The notes below the pieces were generated by a model, which saw only the letters and a program-made list of their open reading frames with translations, was not told the DNA's origin and searched no databases. A stretch of 64,000 nt of DNA, taken from Spirochaetia bacterium. GTDB lineage: Bacteria > Spirochaetota > Spirochaetia > SZUA-6 > Bin103. The position numbers were made by a program, and so were the translations under genes. The stretch spans positions 1,056,001 to 1,120,000 of the forward strand of contig CBDAOI010000003.1 of assembly GCA_965198005.1 (NCBI GenBank), in the 5' to 3' direction. How positions within the stretch are numbered: position 1 is the first letter of the stretch; every line of letters begins with the position of its first letter. Positions 37,000 to 46,169 of the stretch are shown in pieces.

Positions 37000-37728
37000 A
37001 TGCCGGTGCTTGATACTGCGCACGCGAAAATCCTCCTGGTCGACGACGAGCCGATCAATCTCGAATTGTTCGAGGTGATGCTGTCCAAGCTCGGCTTTCA
37101 GGTGTCGATGGCGGCCAACGGCGAGCAGGCGCTGGAACTGCTTGCCGAGGTGGAGCCCGATCTGATCATTCTCGACAACCTGATGCCGGGGATCTCCGGC
37201 TGGGAGGTGACCAGGAGAATCAAGCACGACGCCGCCTACGCCGCCTTTCGGCACGTCCCGATCATCATGTTCTCGGCGCTGGACGGTATCGAGGATCGGA
37301 TCGAAGGACTGGAGCTGGGAGTCGACGACTATATCGCCAAGCCGTTCCGGTTCTCAGAGGTGCTGGCGCGGATCCGGGCGGTTCTGCACCGGCACGAGCT
37401 GACCCGGCAGTTGGCGCGCCGCGAGCACCGGTTGGGAATCATCGAGGCGCTGAACGAGTCGCTGGTGTTCTTTTCCCAGCACGTCAAGCGTCCGTTGCAG
37501 GAACAGGTGGAACGCGCCACGCAGCTGCGCCGGCAGGGAGACGTCACCGAGTTGCGGGCGTTCGCGGCGGTCGTGCAACAGCAGGCGCAGAACTTCCTGA
37601 CCACGCTCACCGAGTTGGAACGCGAGATCACCGACGTGCGGGACCAGGGCCAGCGGCTGAAGGAGGGCGATCTCGGTCTCGAAGAGCTGCAGGCGCTGAT
37701 TCACGAACGCCTGAGCGGGCGCACGTGA
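37000..37728 (+). CDS. Response regulator: REC domain plus coiled-coil/DHp-like C-terminus
   Basis: ILLVDD, LDNLMPG, FSA, GVDDYIAKPF; no DNA-binding domain recognised. Confidence 0.88.
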   Translation: MPVLDTAHAKILLVDDEPINLELFEVMLSKLGFQVSMAANGEQALELLAEVEPDLIILDNLMPGISGWEVTRRIKHDAAYAAFRHVPIIMFSALDGIEDRIEGLELGVDDYIAKPFRFSEVLARIRAVLHRHELTRQLARREHRLGIIEALNESLVFFSQHVKRPLQEQVERATQLRRQGDVTELRAFAAVVQQQAQNFLTTLTELEREITDVRDQGQRLKEGDLGLEELQALIHERLSGRT

Positions 37729-37794
37729 TCGGCCGGGATCGAGGAGGGTTCACCGATGAGGGCAACCGTGTTTCACGCGATGTCGCAGCCGCGG

Positions 37795-37823
37795 TTGACA
37801 CGCCGTTAGCGGAGGGGTACAGT
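37795..37823 (+). promoter_or_regulatory. sigma70 promoter upstream of rho
   Basis: TTGACA-N17-TACAGT; implies a leader of about 255 nt. Confidence 0.7.
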
Positions 37824-38087
37824 AAGTGGGTTACCGGGTGTGACGTGCTCGGTTCGGCCCCCCGGACAGCGGACGGCGGGGCCGTTACGCGCGACTCTTC
37901 TTCCGAGTCGGCAAGGTCACTCCGTGACACCGAAGACGATGCATCGTCCGCGGGGACCGGTATTTTCGGACCAGAAACCATAGGCCGGCAGGTGCACCCT
38001 GACGGTGCAGTTGCCTCGAACGTGTAGTGAATTATTCCTCGTTTACGGAGTCTCATTCCAGGAATCTCATTGCAAGGAGTCTCATCA

Positions 38088-39782
38088 ATGGAAGACGACA
38101 GCCAGACTACTCCCGCATTCGACGACCTGACCGAGCCGGCGGCCGCTCCGGTGGAGCAGCCGGCCGCAGCCGCCGACGCCGATCCTGCGCCGCCGCGGCG
38201 CAACGACCGCAATGACAACGGGGCGGATGAACGGACGGTGCGCCGCGGCCGCAAGCGCCGGCTGCGGGTCGAGCTGGTCGACGACAGAGATGCCGACCAG
38301 TTCCCGGCCGGCCTGATGGAGCGCGAGCGCGACCGGCGGGAACGGCCGGATCGGCAGCGCCCGCGGCGCGACTACGACGGCGGGTCCCACGACGGCATGC
38401 TTCCCGGCCGGCGCCGGGGCCGCGGCCGGGTCCGTGGCGGCAGTCCGCCCCCGGGCGGTCTGCCGCCGGCGCATCTCCCGCCCCCGGCGCCGCTGACCGG
38501 CAACGAGGAGAAGCTGCATATCAACGAGCTGTCGGTAAAGCCGATCACCGAGCTGCGCGCAATGGCGGTCGCCCTGGGCGGCAATCACGAGTCGCTGGTC
38601 TCCATGAAGAAGCAGGAGATCATCTTCACCATCCTCAAGCAGCATACCGAGCGCAACGGCGTGATCTATGCGCACGGCGCGCTCGAGATCCTGCCCGACG
38701 GCTACGGCTTCCTGCGCTCGTCGAACTACAGTTATCTGCCGGGCCCCGACGACATCTACATCTCGCCGTCGCAGATTCGCCTGTTCAATCTCAAGACCGG
38801 CGACACGGTCTCCGGCCAGATCCGCTCGCCCAAGGAGCAGGAGCGGTTCTTCGCCCTGCTGCGCGTGGAAACGGTGAACTTCGACGAGCCGGCGGTAGCC
38901 CAGGGGCGGATCCCGTTCGAGAGTCTTACGCCGCTGTACCCGCACGAGCGGATCAACATGGAAACCGTGAACGGTGAGCCGGCCACGCGCATGATCAACC
39001 TGTTCTGTCCGATCGGAAAAGGGCAGCGCGGTCTGATCGTCTCGCCGCCGCGTGCCGGCAAGACGGTGATCATGCAGCGCATCGCCAACGCCATCACCGA
39101 GAATGATCCCGACATCTTTCTGATCGTGCTGTTGATCGACGAGCGCCCGGAAGAAGTGACCGACATGCAGCGCAACGTGCAGGGCGAGGTGGTGTCCTCT
39201 ACCTTCGACGAGCAGGCCACGCGGCACGTGCAGGTGGCCGAGATGGTGATCGAGAAGGCCAAGCGGCTGGTGGAGCACGGCAAGGACGTGGTGATTCTGC
39301 TCGATTCGATCACCCGGCTGGCGCGGGCCTACAACCAGACCGTGCCCACCTCGGGCAAGATCCTGTCGGGCGGCGTGGACTCGAATGCGCTGCACAAGCC
39401 CAAGCGGTTCTTCGGCGCCGCGCGCAACGTGGAGGGCGGCGGCAGCCTGACCATCGTCGCCACCGCCCTGATCGAGACCGGCAGCCGCATGGACGAGGTG
39501 ATCTTCGAGGAGTTCAAGGGCACCGGCAACATGGAGATCAAGCTCGACCGCCGCCTGGCCGATCGCCGCCTGTACCCGGCGATCAACATCAACGCCTCCG
39601 CCACGCGCAAGGAGGAGCTGCTGCTGACCGAACAGGAACTGGCCAAGATGTGGGTGCTGCGCAAGGTGATCGGGCCGATGGACGAGGTCAGCGTGGTCGA
39701 GCTGCTGCTGGCGCGGATGCGCCTGAGCAAGAACAACGAGGCGTTCCTGCGGTCCATGAACACCACCGCCATCTCCGAGTAG
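38088..39782 (+). CDS. rho: Transcription termination factor Rho with a long N-terminal extension
   Basis: [60 protein letters not shown]. Confidence 0.98.
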   Translation: MEDDSQTTPAFDDLTEPAAAPVEQPAAAADADPAPPRRNDRNDNGADERTVRRGRKRRLRVELVDDRDADQFPAGLMERERDRRERPDRQRPRRDYDGGSHDGMLPGRRRGRGRVRGGSPPPGGLPPAHLPPPAPLTGNEEKLHINELSVKPITELRAMAVALGGNHESLVSMKKQEIIFTILKQHTERNGVIYAHGALEILPDGYGFLRSSNYSYLPGPDDIYISPSQIRLFNLKTGDTVSGQIRSPKEQERFFALLRVETVNFDEPAVAQGRIPFESLTPLYPHERINMETVNGEPATRMINLFCPIGKGQRGLIVSPPRAGKTVIMQRIANAITENDPDIFLIVLLIDERPEEVTDMQRNVQGEVVSSTFDEQATRHVQVAEMVIEKAKRLVEHGKDVVILLDSITRLARAYNQTVPTSGKILSGGVDSNALHKPKRFFGAARNVEGGGSLTIVATALIETGSRMDEVIFEEFKGTGNMEIKLDRRLADRRLYPAININASATRKEELLLTEQELAKMWVLRKVIGPMDEVSVVELLLARMRLSKNNEAFLRSMNTTAISE

Positions 39783-40609
39783 TGCCTGACGCCGCGGTCG
39801 CCGCGCGGGAGATCAGCCTGCTGATCGACGGCGCGCGCATTCTCGACCGGGTGGAGCTGACCCTGCGCGCCGGCGAGCGCTGGGTGGTGTTGGGCCCGAA
39901 CGGCAGCGGCAAGACCTCGCTGGTGCGGCTGTTCGCGGGCTACGGCTACCCCTCCACCGGCACGCTGTGGGTACTCGGCGAACGGTTCGGGCGCACCGAC
40001 CTGCGCCGGCTGCGGATCCGGATCGGCTGGGTGCACGGCGACCTGCACTATCAGATTCCCCCGTTCATGACCGCCGCCGAGGTGGTCCTGGCGCGCGCCC
40101 GCGGCGGACTGGTGCTGTACGGCGACGTGCCTGCCGCCGAGGCGGCCCGGGCCTGCGCTCAGCTTGCCCAGCTCGAGGTCGAGATGTTGGCGGCGCGGCG
40201 GTTCGCGACCCTGTCGACCGGCGAGCGCCAGCGCGTCCTGATCGCGCGCGCGCTCGTTCCCGAGGTGGAGCTGCTGCTGCTGGACGAGCCCGCGATCGGT
40301 CTCGATCCGGCGGCGCGCGAGCGGTTCCTGGACGACTTGGCGGCGCTGTATCGGCGGCGTCCCGAGTTGACCGTGGTGTACGTCACCCACGACGTCGGCG
40401 AGCTTACCGCCCACTACGACGGCGTGCTGCTCCTGGACCGGGGACGGGTAGTCGCCTGCGGGCCGCCCGCCGCGGCCCTTACCGGGGCCCATCTGCAGGC
40501 GGTATTCGGTCCGCACTGCCGTCTCGACCGCCACGGCGACCGCTACGCGATCCGGTTCGCCGCGCCGCGACCAGTGCGCCGAACAGCGCCAGCAGCCCGG
40601 CGGCGATGA
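39782..40609 (+). CDS. Orphan ABC transporter ATP-binding protein (ModF-like)
   Basis: GPNGSGKT, LSTGERQR, LLLLDEP, VTHD; GTG overlaps the rho stop (TAGTG). Confidence 0.88.
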   Translation: MPDAAVAAREISLLIDGARILDRVELTLRAGERWVVLGPNGSGKTSLVRLFAGYGYPSTGTLWVLGERFGRTDLRRLRIRIGWVHGDLHYQIPPFMTAAEVVLARARGGLVLYGDVPAAEAARACAQLAQLEVEMLAARRFATLSTGERQRVLIARALVPEVELLLLDEPAIGLDPAARERFLDDLAALYRRRPELTVVYVTHDVGELTAHYDGVLLLDRGRVVACGPPAAALTGAHLQAVFGPHCRLDRHGDRYAIRFAAPRPVRRTAPAARRR

Positions 40610-42097
40610 CCGCCGGCAGGTAATCGCCGAAGCGCGTATACACGGTCGGGTGGGTCGGACGGTATACGGGCACCTGCAGCCGCAGGGCGTACTCGGTGAA
40701 CAACGGCGCCGGGGAGCCGATCACGCGTCCCCACGGATCGATGGCGGTGGTCACCCCGCCGTTGGTGGCGCGCACCAGGACCCGCCGGTTCTCCACCGCC
40801 CGCAGCTTGGCCGCCACCAGGTGCTGGGTCTCGGCAGACACGGTCCGCGACCAGGCGTCGTTGGTCAGGTTGATCAGCAGGTCGGCGCCGGCGCGTACGA
40901 AGCGCCGGTTGATGTAGGGAAAGGAATCTTCGAAGCAGATCGGCGCGGCGAAGCGGAGCGTGCCTCCGGCGCGCAGGGGCAGCGCAAACACGGTCCATCT
41001 GCTGCCCGCCGCCCAGGTGGCGTGCAGCCCGACGACGTCATTGAAGAAGCGCCGCACCGCCGGCACCTCCCAGAACGGCACGCTCTCCGCGAACGGCACC
41101 AGATGGCGCTTGCCGTAGTGGTCCAGCACCCGGCCGCCGGGGCCGACCAGGAGGGCCGCGTTCATCGCCTGCACCGGGTCGTGTTCCAGCAGCCACGGAA
41201 TGCCGGTCAGCAGCGGCACCGACAGACCGGTAACCGCGGCCGGTACGCGCGGTTGCGTCGTCTCCCCGCCGGGGAGGACCGGGTACGTTACCGCCGTCTC
41301 GCTCCATACCACCAGGTCCGGCGGGTGCCGGCGGGCCGCGATCGCGTCGGCGGTGAGGCGTTGCAGCGTCTCCACGGTCTCCTCGGCATCGCCGGTCAAC
41401 CACGGATTGCTGTTGTGCTGGACCAGGACCAGGTCAGCGGTGCCGGTGGCGGGGATCTCCCTGCCCAGTGCGGCGGTGCCGTAGCCGAGCGCGGCCGCCA
41501 CCAGGCACGCCACCGCCGCGGTGCCCCTCCACCGGTGCGCCGGGATGGGAGTGCCGCGCGGGTAGAGCGCCGGCTCGAGCCACTCGGCCGCGATCGCGTT
41601 GACCAGCGCCATCAGCAGCGACAGCCCCCAGACGCCGGTAATGTCGACCAACTGGATCAGGGGCGTGAGGCCGTGCACGGGATAGGCGATCAGGCCCCAC
41701 GGGTAGCCGAGAAAGCCGGACGACTTGAGATACTCGTAGAGCGCCCACACCGCGGCGATCGCGAACGGACGGTAGGTCGCGGGTACGCTGGAGGTGAACC
41801 GCAGGATCGGGGCCAGCAGCGCATGCCAACCGAGGTAGGCGAGGGTGACGCCCCCCAGAGTCCAGACCGAGAAATCCTGAAAGAAGAGCAGCCAGTAGTT
41901 GGTCAGCAGGCTCGAGAGCGTGCCGAACACGGCCCCGATGCCCACCGCCTGACGGTAGCTCGGCGTGTGGTAGAGCGCGACCAGCAACGGCGCCAGGGCG
42001 ACCGTCCCGAACAGCGGACTGCCGAGGGAAAACAGCTCGTTGGGCAGGGCCAGCGCGAGCAGCACCGCCGAGACGACGGCGAGCAGCAGGCGCAGGT
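40479..42097 (-). CDS. lnt: Second apolipoprotein N-acyltransferase (start unresolved; reading frame continues into tRNA-Leu)
   Basis: GFLGYPWG, WSET, YGKRHLVPFAE, ICFED, NLTNDAW, RAVENRR. Confidence 0.9.
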
Positions 42098-42183
42098 TGC
42101 CGGAGACCGGACTCGAACCGGTACGGTCCGTCAGGACCAAGGGATTTTAAGTCCCCAGTGTCTGCCAATTTCACCACTCCGGC
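42098..42183 (-). tRNA. tRNA-Leu(UAA)
   Basis: GCCGGAG acceptor stem, GGGGA-CTTAAAA-TCCCT anticodon arm, long variable arm, GTTCGAGT; CCA not encoded. Confidence 0.95.
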
Positions 42184-42283
42184 ACATCCGTCACGTCTCC
42201 ATGGTACCGGTAAACGGCAGCATCTGCCCACGGGCACCGAATCCCGAAGAACACGGAATCCCCGATATCTCCGATATCCCCGA

Positions 42284-42331
42284 TTGACCGGCTTGACCGG
42301 CTTGACCGGCGCGGTGCCGCCGCGGTAGGTT
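42284..42331 (+). promoter_or_regulatory. Triple tandem TTGACCGGC containing the putative rplU -35
   Basis: 3x TTGACCGGC (42284-42310); the last TTGACC is N18 from TAGGTT. Confidence 0.5.
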
Positions 42332-42364
42332 TCCGGGCACGAGACACGTTGTTCTCGCCGAATC

Positions 42365-42676
42365 ATGTATGCATTAGTGGAAATTCAGGGACGGCAGTAT
42401 CGCGTACGCGAGGGGGCCCGGATCACCGTCGACCGCATGGCGGACGCCGGCGAGACCGTCGAGTTGAGCGGCGTGCTGCTGGTGGCGCACGACGGCGAGG
42501 TTCGCATCGGGCGGCCCTACGTGGCCGGGGCGCGGGTGACAGCCACGCTCCAGGGACACACCCGCGGGCGCAAGGTGGTAGTCTACAAGTATCGCCGGCG
42601 CAAGCACTATCGCCGCAAGCAGGGGCATCGCCAGGCGCTGACGCGGCTGCGGATCGATTCGATCGAGGTGGCCTGA
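42365..42676 (+). CDS. rplU: 50S ribosomal protein L21
   Basis: [32 protein letters not shown]. Confidence 0.97.
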   Translation: MYALVEIQGRQYRVREGARITVDRMADAGETVELSGVLLVAHDGEVRIGRPYVAGARVTATLQGHTRGRKVVVYKYRRRKHYRRKQGHRQALTRLRIDSIEVA

Positions 42677-42930
42677 TGGCACACAAGAAGGGTGGCGGAA
42701 GCTCGCGCAACGGTCGCGATTCGCGTGGCCAGCGACTCGGAGTAAAGCGGTTCGGCGGTGAGGTGGTGACCGCGGGGACGATCCTGGTGCGGCAACGCGG
42801 AACCCGCCTGCACGCCGGCGACAACGTCGGCTGCGGTCGCGACCACACCTTGTACGCACGCGTCACCGGCACCGTGACGTATCTGACGCGGCGCGGGCGC
42901 ACGCTGGTCGCGATCGATCCGCTCACCTGA
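42676..42930 (+). CDS. rpmA: 50S ribosomal protein L27
   Basis: [16 protein letters not shown]...RLGVK, RQRGT, GRDHTL. Confidence 0.97.
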   Translation: MAHKKGGGSSRNGRDSRGQRLGVKRFGGEVVTAGTILVRQRGTRLHAGDNVGCGRDHTLYARVTGTVTYLTRRGRTLVAIDPLT

Positions 42931-42940
42931 TACCGGTGGC

Positions 42941-43957
42941 GTGTCGGGATTCGTCGACCAGGCCACGATTACCGTAAGCTCGGGCGCCGGAGGCAGGGGC
43001 GTGGTCTCCTTCCGGCGCGAAAGGTATGTCCCGCGCGGGGGCCCCGACGGCGGCGACGGCGGCCGCGGCGGCGACGTGATCTTCGTCGTACGACGAAACC
43101 TGCATACGCTCGCGCACCTGACCGGGCGGCGCGAGTATCGGGCCGAGGACGGCCGTCCCGGCGGCGCGCGCCGGCAGTCCGGGGCTGGCGGCGCCGCGGT
43201 GCGGATCCTGGTGCCGCCCGGTACCGCGGTGCATGACGCCGCTTCCGGGGATCTGGTGTGCGATCTGATCGAGCCTGACCGGGAGTGGGTGTGCCTGCAG
43301 GGCGGCGGCGGCGGTGCCGGCAACGTCCGGTTCGCGACCGCCGTACGCCGGGCGCCGCGCATCGCGACGCCCGGCCGCCCGCGCCGCGAGTTGCGGCTGC
43401 GGCTCGAGCTCCGGATGATCGCCGACATCGGTCTGGTGGGATTGCCCAACGCCGGCAAGTCGACCCTGCTGCGGTCCCTGACCAACGCCAGGCCGCGGGT
43501 CGCCGCCTATCCGTTCACCACCACCATCCCCCATCTGGGGGTGCTCCGCGAACGCGATCGGTGGGACCGGTTGCCGGACGTCGTAATCGCCGACATTCCC
43601 GGTATTCTGGAGGGAGCGTCGGCCGGCGCCGGCCTCGGGCTGCGGTTTCTCGACCACGTCACGCGCGCGCGCATGCTGGCGTTCGTCATCGATCTTACCG
43701 AACTTGCCGATCGTGCAGTGGTCGAACGTGATCCGGTCGGGCTGCTGGAAACCGAGCTGCGCTCCTACCGCCCGGAGTTGGTGGAGCGACCGCGGGTGGT
43801 CATCGGCACCAAGCAGGACCTGGACGTCGACGGCTCCCTCGGCGCGGGTCTCCGTGCCCGTTACCCGGAGGAGCGGGTCGTGACCGTCTCCGCCCGATCC
43901 GGAATCGGCCTTCCGCAGCTGCGCGGCCTGCTGTGCGAGCTGGCCCACGCCGCGTGA
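42941..43957 (+). CDS. obgE: GTPase ObgE/CgtA
   Basis: FRRERYVPRGGPDGGDGG, GLPNAGKST, YPFTT, DIPG. Confidence 0.96.
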   Translation: MSGFVDQATITVSSGAGGRGVVSFRRERYVPRGGPDGGDGGRGGDVIFVVRRNLHTLAHLTGRREYRAEDGRPGGARRQSGAGGAAVRILVPPGTAVHDAASGDLVCDLIEPDREWVCLQGGGGGAGNVRFATAVRRAPRIATPGRPRRELRLRLELRMIADIGLVGLPNAGKSTLLRSLTNARPRVAAYPFTTTIPHLGVLRERDRWDRLPDVVIADIPGILEGASAGAGLGLRFLDHVTRARMLAFVIDLTELADRAVVERDPVGLLETELRSYRPELVERPRVVIGTKQDLDVDGSLGAGLRARYPEERVVTVSARSGIGLPQLRGLLCELAHAA

Positions 43958-44565
43958 GTCGGCAGCCGGCGCCGATCGGCTCGCGGCGCGTGGCGCTGCT
44001 GGGCGGCTCGTTCGACCCGGTCCACGTCGCCCATCTGCACATTGCGGAAGTAGTGCTTGCCACGGGTCGGTACGACCAGGTATTGCTGGTGCCGGCGCAC
44101 CTCCCGTCGCGCCCGTCAGCCGCGTGCCTGGCCGCCGGGGAACACCGGTTGGCGATGCTGCGCCTGGCGATTGCCGGCAGGCCGGGCTTCGCGGTGTCCG
44201 ACCTGGAGCTGCGGCGCGGCGGCGTCTCCTACACCGTCGACACGGTGCGCGAGCTGCAGCGCGCGCGCCTGGTGAGCGCGCATCCCGGTTTGGTGGTGGG
44301 CGACGATCTCGGCCCGGAACTGAATTCCTGGCGCGAGGCGCCGGCGCTGTTGGCGATGGTCGAGCTTCTCGTAGCGCGGCGCAGCCCACGACCGGCCGCG
44401 CTGGCGCTGCCGCACCGTGCGCTCGGCAACCATCTGCTGCCGCTGTCCTCGTCCGCGGTACGCGCCCGCGTGCGTGCCGGCAAGGTGATCCGGTTCCTGG
44501 TGCCGGACGCCGTGGCGGCTTACATTACCGAGCACAATCTGTATGGCACGGACTACGGTCACTAA
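43954..44565 (+). CDS. nadD: Nicotinate-nucleotide adenylyltransferase
   Basis: GGSFDPVH.AH, SYTVDT, SSSAVR. Confidence 0.93.
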   Translation: MSRQPAPIGSRRVALLGGSFDPVHVAHLHIAEVVLATGRYDQVLLVPAHLPSRPSAACLAAGEHRLAMLRLAIAGRPGFAVSDLELRRGGVSYTVDTVRELQRARLVSAHPGLVVGDDLGPELNSWREAPALLAMVELLVARRSPRPAALALPHRALGNHLLPLSSSAVRARVRAGKVIRFLVPDAVAAYITEHNLYGTDYGH

Positions 44566-45811
44566 CGCCGGTTATCCGTCCACCCGGCGCGGCGGTCGTT
44601 CCTCCGGTACCCGACTCGGTCGGCGTGAGGGACGAGACCGTCACTATCTGCTGCTGATCGCCATCATCCTGTTGCTCGGCGGTGCCGTGACCTGGGCCGT
44701 AACGGAGCTCCGCAGTGACGAGGTTACCCAATGGCTGCAGGAGGACAAGCAACTGGTCGGGATAATCGTGGTCTCGGATCCCGACCATCGCGTGGCCTTC
44801 GAGGTGCTGTTCGCGGATACCGGAACCGGCCAGGCAGCGCTGCTGTTCGTGCCGGGGAACCTGGGAACGTTGATCGAGAGTCGCAATCGCATGGACGCCC
44901 TGGAGACCGTCTACCAGCAGCCCGGCGCCGCGGCGCCGCTGATCGCTCAGCTCACCGATCTGCTCGGCGTAGAGCCGCAGTTCGTGCTCGACCTTACCGG
45001 TACGCGGATGCGTGATCTGGTGGACCTGGTCGGCGGCGTCCAGGTGTTCATTCCCGATTCCGTAGATACCCGGAGCGCCGGCGGCGAAGTGCTGCTGCCG
45101 TCCGGGTCGGTGCTGCTCGACGGCGACAAGGCACTGGCCTATCTCGGCTACACGGTCGACGGCGAGCCGTTGCTTGAGCGCGCCGGACGGATCCACCGGC
45201 TGCACCACGGGCTGCTCAAACGGCTGCGCGAGCAGCCCCGGCTCATGCAGGACGAGAGCGTCCGGCGGCTGCTGTATCGCCGACTGGACACCGATCTGAC
45301 GGCGCGCGGGTTGGCCACGCTCATGTCGGTGCTCTCCGAGCTTCGTCCCGAGCAGATGATATTCCAGTACGCTCTCGGTCAGCCGCAGCTCGTAGATGGT
45401 CGCACGCTGCTGTTTCCCTACTACGAAGGCGGACTGGTGCGGGAGGCGACCGCCCAGATCGTCGGGAATCTGGCTACGGACAACTCCGGGTCCGGTGTCG
45501 GCGGCGGCAGCGGCCGTTCGGCGACCGTCGAGATCCTGAACGGTACCGATGTTCCGGGCTTGGCGCGCCGTACCGCCAATCTGTTCCAGAGCTTCGGCTA
45601 CGGCGTTCGCACCATCGCCAACGCCGACCACAACCAGCACGTCGTCACGCGGGTGATCGACCGCCGCGGCCGACCCGAGCTGGCTTCCGAGGTGGTGGAG
45701 CTGATGGGCTGCAGTTCGGACCGGATCGCCACCGAGATCGCCACAGATGCGGCGGCGGACATCACAATCGTGCTCGGCGGCGACTTCAACGGTAGACGCT
45801 GCGATGGATAG
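44543..45811 (+). CDS. LCP-family protein with LytR_C domain
   Basis: N-terminal TM, LVDLVGGV, LLDGDKA, VEILNGT..PGLA.R, DITIVLGGDF. Confidence 0.85.
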   Translation: MARTTVTNAGYPSTRRGGRSSGTRLGRREGRDRHYLLLIAIILLLGGAVTWAVTELRSDEVTQWLQEDKQLVGIIVVSDPDHRVAFEVLFADTGTGQAALLFVPGNLGTLIESRNRMDALETVYQQPGAAAPLIAQLTDLLGVEPQFVLDLTGTRMRDLVDLVGGVQVFIPDSVDTRSAGGEVLLPSGSVLLDGDKALAYLGYTVDGEPLLERAGRIHRLHHGLLKRLREQPRLMQDESVRRLLYRRLDTDLTARGLATLMSVLSELRPEQMIFQYALGQPQLVDGRTLLFPYYEGGLVREATAQIVGNLATDNSGSGVGGGSGRSATVEILNGTDVPGLARRTANLFQSFGYGVRTIANADHNQHVVTRVIDRRGRPELASEVVELMGCSSDRIATEIATDAAADITIVLGGDFNGRRCDG

Positions 45812-46169
45812 TCCCCTGGGAGAGGGGCAGGCGTGCGCCTTGGGGCGGCTGCTGGACGAGCACCAGTGCACGGGCACGGTGGTCCTTGACATCTCCGCCG
45901 TGAGCGACGTAGCGGACTTCTTCATCATCGCCACCGCCCGCAGCTCGACCCACCTGCGCGGCGTCCATGGCTACGTGCTGGACTATCTCAGGGAACAGGG
46001 GATCCGGCCCCTGGCCGGGCACAAGCGGGCGCACGACAATCTCTGGCTGCTGGTAGATCTCGGACCCATCGTGGTGCACCTGATGGAGCACGACACGCGT
46101 GCGTTCTACGAGCTGGAGAAGCTCTGGTTCACCGGTCGCGTGGTGGACTACTCCTCGAATTCGTCGTAA
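45804..46169 (+). CDS. rsfS: Ribosome silencing factor RsfS
   Basis: DFFIIATA.S..H, WLLVDLG..VVHLM...R.FYELEKLW. Confidence 0.95.
   Translation: MDSPLGEGQACALGRLLDEHQCTGTVVLDISAVSDVADFFIIATARSSTHLRGVHGYVLDYLREQGIRPLAGHKRAHDNLWLLVDLGPIVVHLMEHDTRAFYELEKLWFTGRVVDYSSNSS

Noticed and set aside
37769-37784. TGTTTCACGCGATGTC resembling a parS site
   Set aside because: Only the left half matches TGTTTCACGTGAAACA, it is not palindromic, and no par genes are nearby.
35242-42097. Two lnt paralogues as a novel system
   Set aside because: Both have intact E-K-C triads, and duplicate lnt genes are, to my knowledge, not unusual in spirochaetes.
42260-42277. CCGATAT repeats as sigma28 -10 boxes
   Set aside because: There is no TAAA-like -35 at the right spacing.
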